The notes beneath the pieces are model-generated. The model was not told where the DNA came from. It saw only the letters and a list, made by a program, of their open reading frames with translations, and searched no databases. A stretch of DNA of 63,265 nt, filler included, from Chiloscyllium plagiosum (lineage: Eukaryota), in NCBI RefSeq assembly GCF_004010195.1. It is 3 parts of one record of this genome, joined end to end, with 100 filler letters (N's around TTAATTAATTAA, not from the genome) between each part and the next. Parts side by side here need not be neighbours in the genome. Positions count along the whole stretch, not along the records: positions 42,361 to 63,265 come from NC_057710.1; 2 more parts are not named here. One strand, given 5' to 3'. Shown here piece after piece: positions 61,860-63,265 of this stretch (positions are counted from its first letter, which is position 1; each line of letters begins with the position of its first letter). Position numbers and translations under genes: made by a program.

Positions 61860-62175
61860 AATTAGAAGGCTTTTTTGGTGAGCATTATATTCAAAGAGAA
61901 CAGGATGTTGAAACGGCTCTACATATAACCGTATGCAATAAGATAATTGGATATAAATGGTCCCTGTTCCTAAGAGTTGCATTGACTATTGCAGTAGCTC
62001 TTGGTTTGCCAGAAGTTTGAATCTGTAACTGCATGAAGGAGCTAAGCAATTTTTTTGTTGAGTAGCCATTTTGAAAATGGAGTCAAGAATTTTCAGTTAA
62101 TCAATGGTCTCATTGAACAGCCGAATACACTGGATAGGCCGTTCAGCCTACTCCTGCTCTATTGTTTTATGATCC
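61860..62175 (+). mobile_element. Old CR1 3' relic
   Basis: Ends tggtctcattgaa..ggccgttcagcctactcctgctctattgttttatg (CR1-type tail). Confidence 0.5.
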
Positions 62176-62841
62176 TTGACCTCATAGGTCATTGTTCTCT
62201 TCAGGCTAGAAATTTTAAGCTTGTTTTAAGGGACTGGGCTTGTAGGGAAATGAATCCAGCTGTTTGAGAGAGAGAAGCTTTGGTTAGATCCTTGTTGATG
62301 CAGATAGTTGAATCCAGGCTCACAATAATGCAGGTGTTTCTGTAAGATTCTTATATTCACAGTTATTTTTGTTTTAACAATATGAACCAACTCAGTATTT
62401 CAAGACTTTAGATATTACCAGCCATCCAATAATCTGCTTATCCCAAAAAAGAATTTTAAAACAAACATTCAACTTAACTGTTGTATTTCATGACTTTCAT
62501 GTGGACAGTACCTGAACCAAAGCCTGATGTAAATGGAGTTTGTTATGTTTTAACTCCATATGTCAAGCTATGCTTTATTTATATATGGCTGATAGATTTT
62601 TTTTGTGGTATGGTTTTGTTGATAGGGATAATGATGGTACAACATCCATTTCAATATACAATCAGCCGATCAAGTCTGCTCTGCCGTCATAGCAGATCTG
62701 ATCAGCCAAAATTCCACTTTCAAAGTATCTACTTGACAAAAAACTGCTTAGTTCATTTATACAGTTACAGATTCAAATTTCTCATAACCTAAGAGCTACC
62801 ACAGCTGTCAATTCAGCTCTTTAGAACATATCATCCAATGA

Positions 62842-63265
62842 TTTTTTTATATAGATATTTTTATTAGAGATTTAACATTTTTACAAGTTTACAAAAATAA
62901 ACAAAACTCTCAAATACAAACATTGATATACAATTAAATCAAATATACAATAGCCAAAATTTAACAAAAGAAAAAATATCGAAAAAGAAAAAAAACAAAA
63001 CTCAACTGTCTACTAATCTAACCTACAACTAACCAGAGTGAATATTTAAGTCTCTTACATGCTCAAATGTGTTAACATCAAATGTAATAAAACCCGTACT
63101 CGTGCAGGATTCCTCTCCTAACGGCCCCCGGACCAGCCAGGTTTGTAATCGCAATTAAATAAAAGCCCTTGTTAGGATAGCCGAAATATCTGTATTTATG
63201 TAATTCAAGAAGGGCTGCAATATTTTATAAAATAATTCGGTCTTTCGGTGCACCATATTTGTAAG
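62842..63265 (-). mobile_element. L1-clade LINE 3' end with poly(A) tail, cut by window edge
   Basis: Minus frame 63265-63155 LTNMVHRKTELFYKILQPFLNYINTDISAILTRAFI* resembles L1 ORF2 C-termini (F.K.W.PF..Y); T-rich 3' UTR, AATAAA and A-run. Confidence 0.72.

Noticed and set aside
1..63265. Recurrent gatgctgcctgacctgctg..ttccagca motif as a CRISPR-like repeat
   Set aside because: Dispersed in both orientations with no regular spacers and eukaryotic context; explained as PLE terminal repeats.

Overview
Repeat-dense, apparently non-genic (intronic or intergenic) genomic DNA from a cartilaginous fish. The shark/ray assignment is inferred from several HE1-type V-SINEs and their CR1/HER1-type partner LINEs. 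No host protein-coding gene is recognisable, and the ORF track is explained by decayed transposon frames, simple repeats or chance. The window holds one near-full-length CR1 LINE (zinc-finger/SGNH ORF1 plus APE-RT ORF2) and many CR1 fragments. It also holds a second CR1-group LINE family, Rex1/Babar and L1 3' ends, several SINE families, a solo LTR and a small TIR element. Two families of Penelope-like elements (PLEs; RT, Cys linker, GIY-YIG) are abundant. The most interesting layer is RNA-level: both PLE families carry minimal type I hammerhead ribozyme motifs with palindromic, loop-less stem III (GAAACGUC and GAAAGCUA). Their terminal repeats have spread as 65-300 bp non-coding insertions, often fold-back, with 7-16 bp target-site duplications (TSDs). 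One insertion starts exactly at the predicted ribozyme cleavage site. An interstitial (CCCTAA)n tract fused to a fold-back PLE repeat and an unidentified GC-rich segment interrupts an old LINE. There are three assembly gaps, two containing an artificial TTAATTAATTAA spacer. All boundaries were read by eye and are approximate unless a TSD is given.
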